From Haliotis cracherodii (Eukaryota), in contig NW_027266319.1 of NCBI RefSeq assembly GCF_022045235.1, positions 63,426,001 through 63,490,000 of the forward strand: a DNA stretch of 64,000 nucleotides, read 5' to 3'. The notes beneath the pieces are model-generated. The model made no database searches. It was not told where the DNA came from and worked only from the letters and a program-made list of their open reading frames with translations. Both the position numbers and the translations under genes were made by a program. This document shows, piece by piece, positions 63,666-64,000 of this stretch (position 1 is the stretch's first letter; each line of letters opens with the position of its first letter).

Positions 63666-64000
63666 ATTGGAAAGAAGTCATATACCCGTATGTCCATGTG
63701 CCGATGGACAAGAAGCCATATACCCGTACGTCCATGTGCCCTATGGACAAGAAGCCATATACCCGTATGTCCATGTGCCCAAAGGACAAGAAGTCATATA
63801 CCCGTATGTCCATGTGCCTAATGGACAAGAAGTCATATACCCGTATGTCCATGTGCCCAATGGACAAGAAGTCATATACCCGTATGTCCATGTGCCCAAT
63901 GGACAAGAAGCCATATGCCCGTATGTCCATGTGCCCAAAGGACAAGAAGTCATATACCCGTATGTCCATGTGCCTAATGGACAAGAAGTCATATACCCGT
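63666..64000. repeat. 39-bp satellite running off the window end
   Basis: TGGACAAGAAG(T/C)CATATACCCGTATGTCCATGTGCCCAA units. Confidence 0.95.

Overview
This is eukaryotic, repeat-rich intergenic or intronic DNA from a gapped scaffold (N-runs at 32024-32190, 36736-36867 and 41834-42051). The SINE repertoire points to a gastropod mollusc, most likely abalone (Haliotis); this is inferred from family resemblance, not from a database hit. I found no intact protein-coding gene, tRNA, rRNA, known miRNA or CRISPR array. All long ORFs in the track lie in micro- or minisatellites. The window holds about 30 copies or fragments of four SINE families: A (tRNA-Asp-like head), B (tRNA-Leu-like head with a Meta-like body), C (V-SINE-like) and D (non-tRNA, RTE/RUDI-like head). 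It also holds several MITEs, a decayed R4/Dong-clade LINE fragment, probable decayed DNA-transposase remnants in the first 4 kb, and many satellites, some with higher-order architecture. The best-supported observation is that the four otherwise unrelated SINE families share a 3' double stem-loop with compensatory base changes, implying one shared LINE partner. I do not see convincing evidence of a wholly new biological system; the findings concern mobile-element and satellite architecture.
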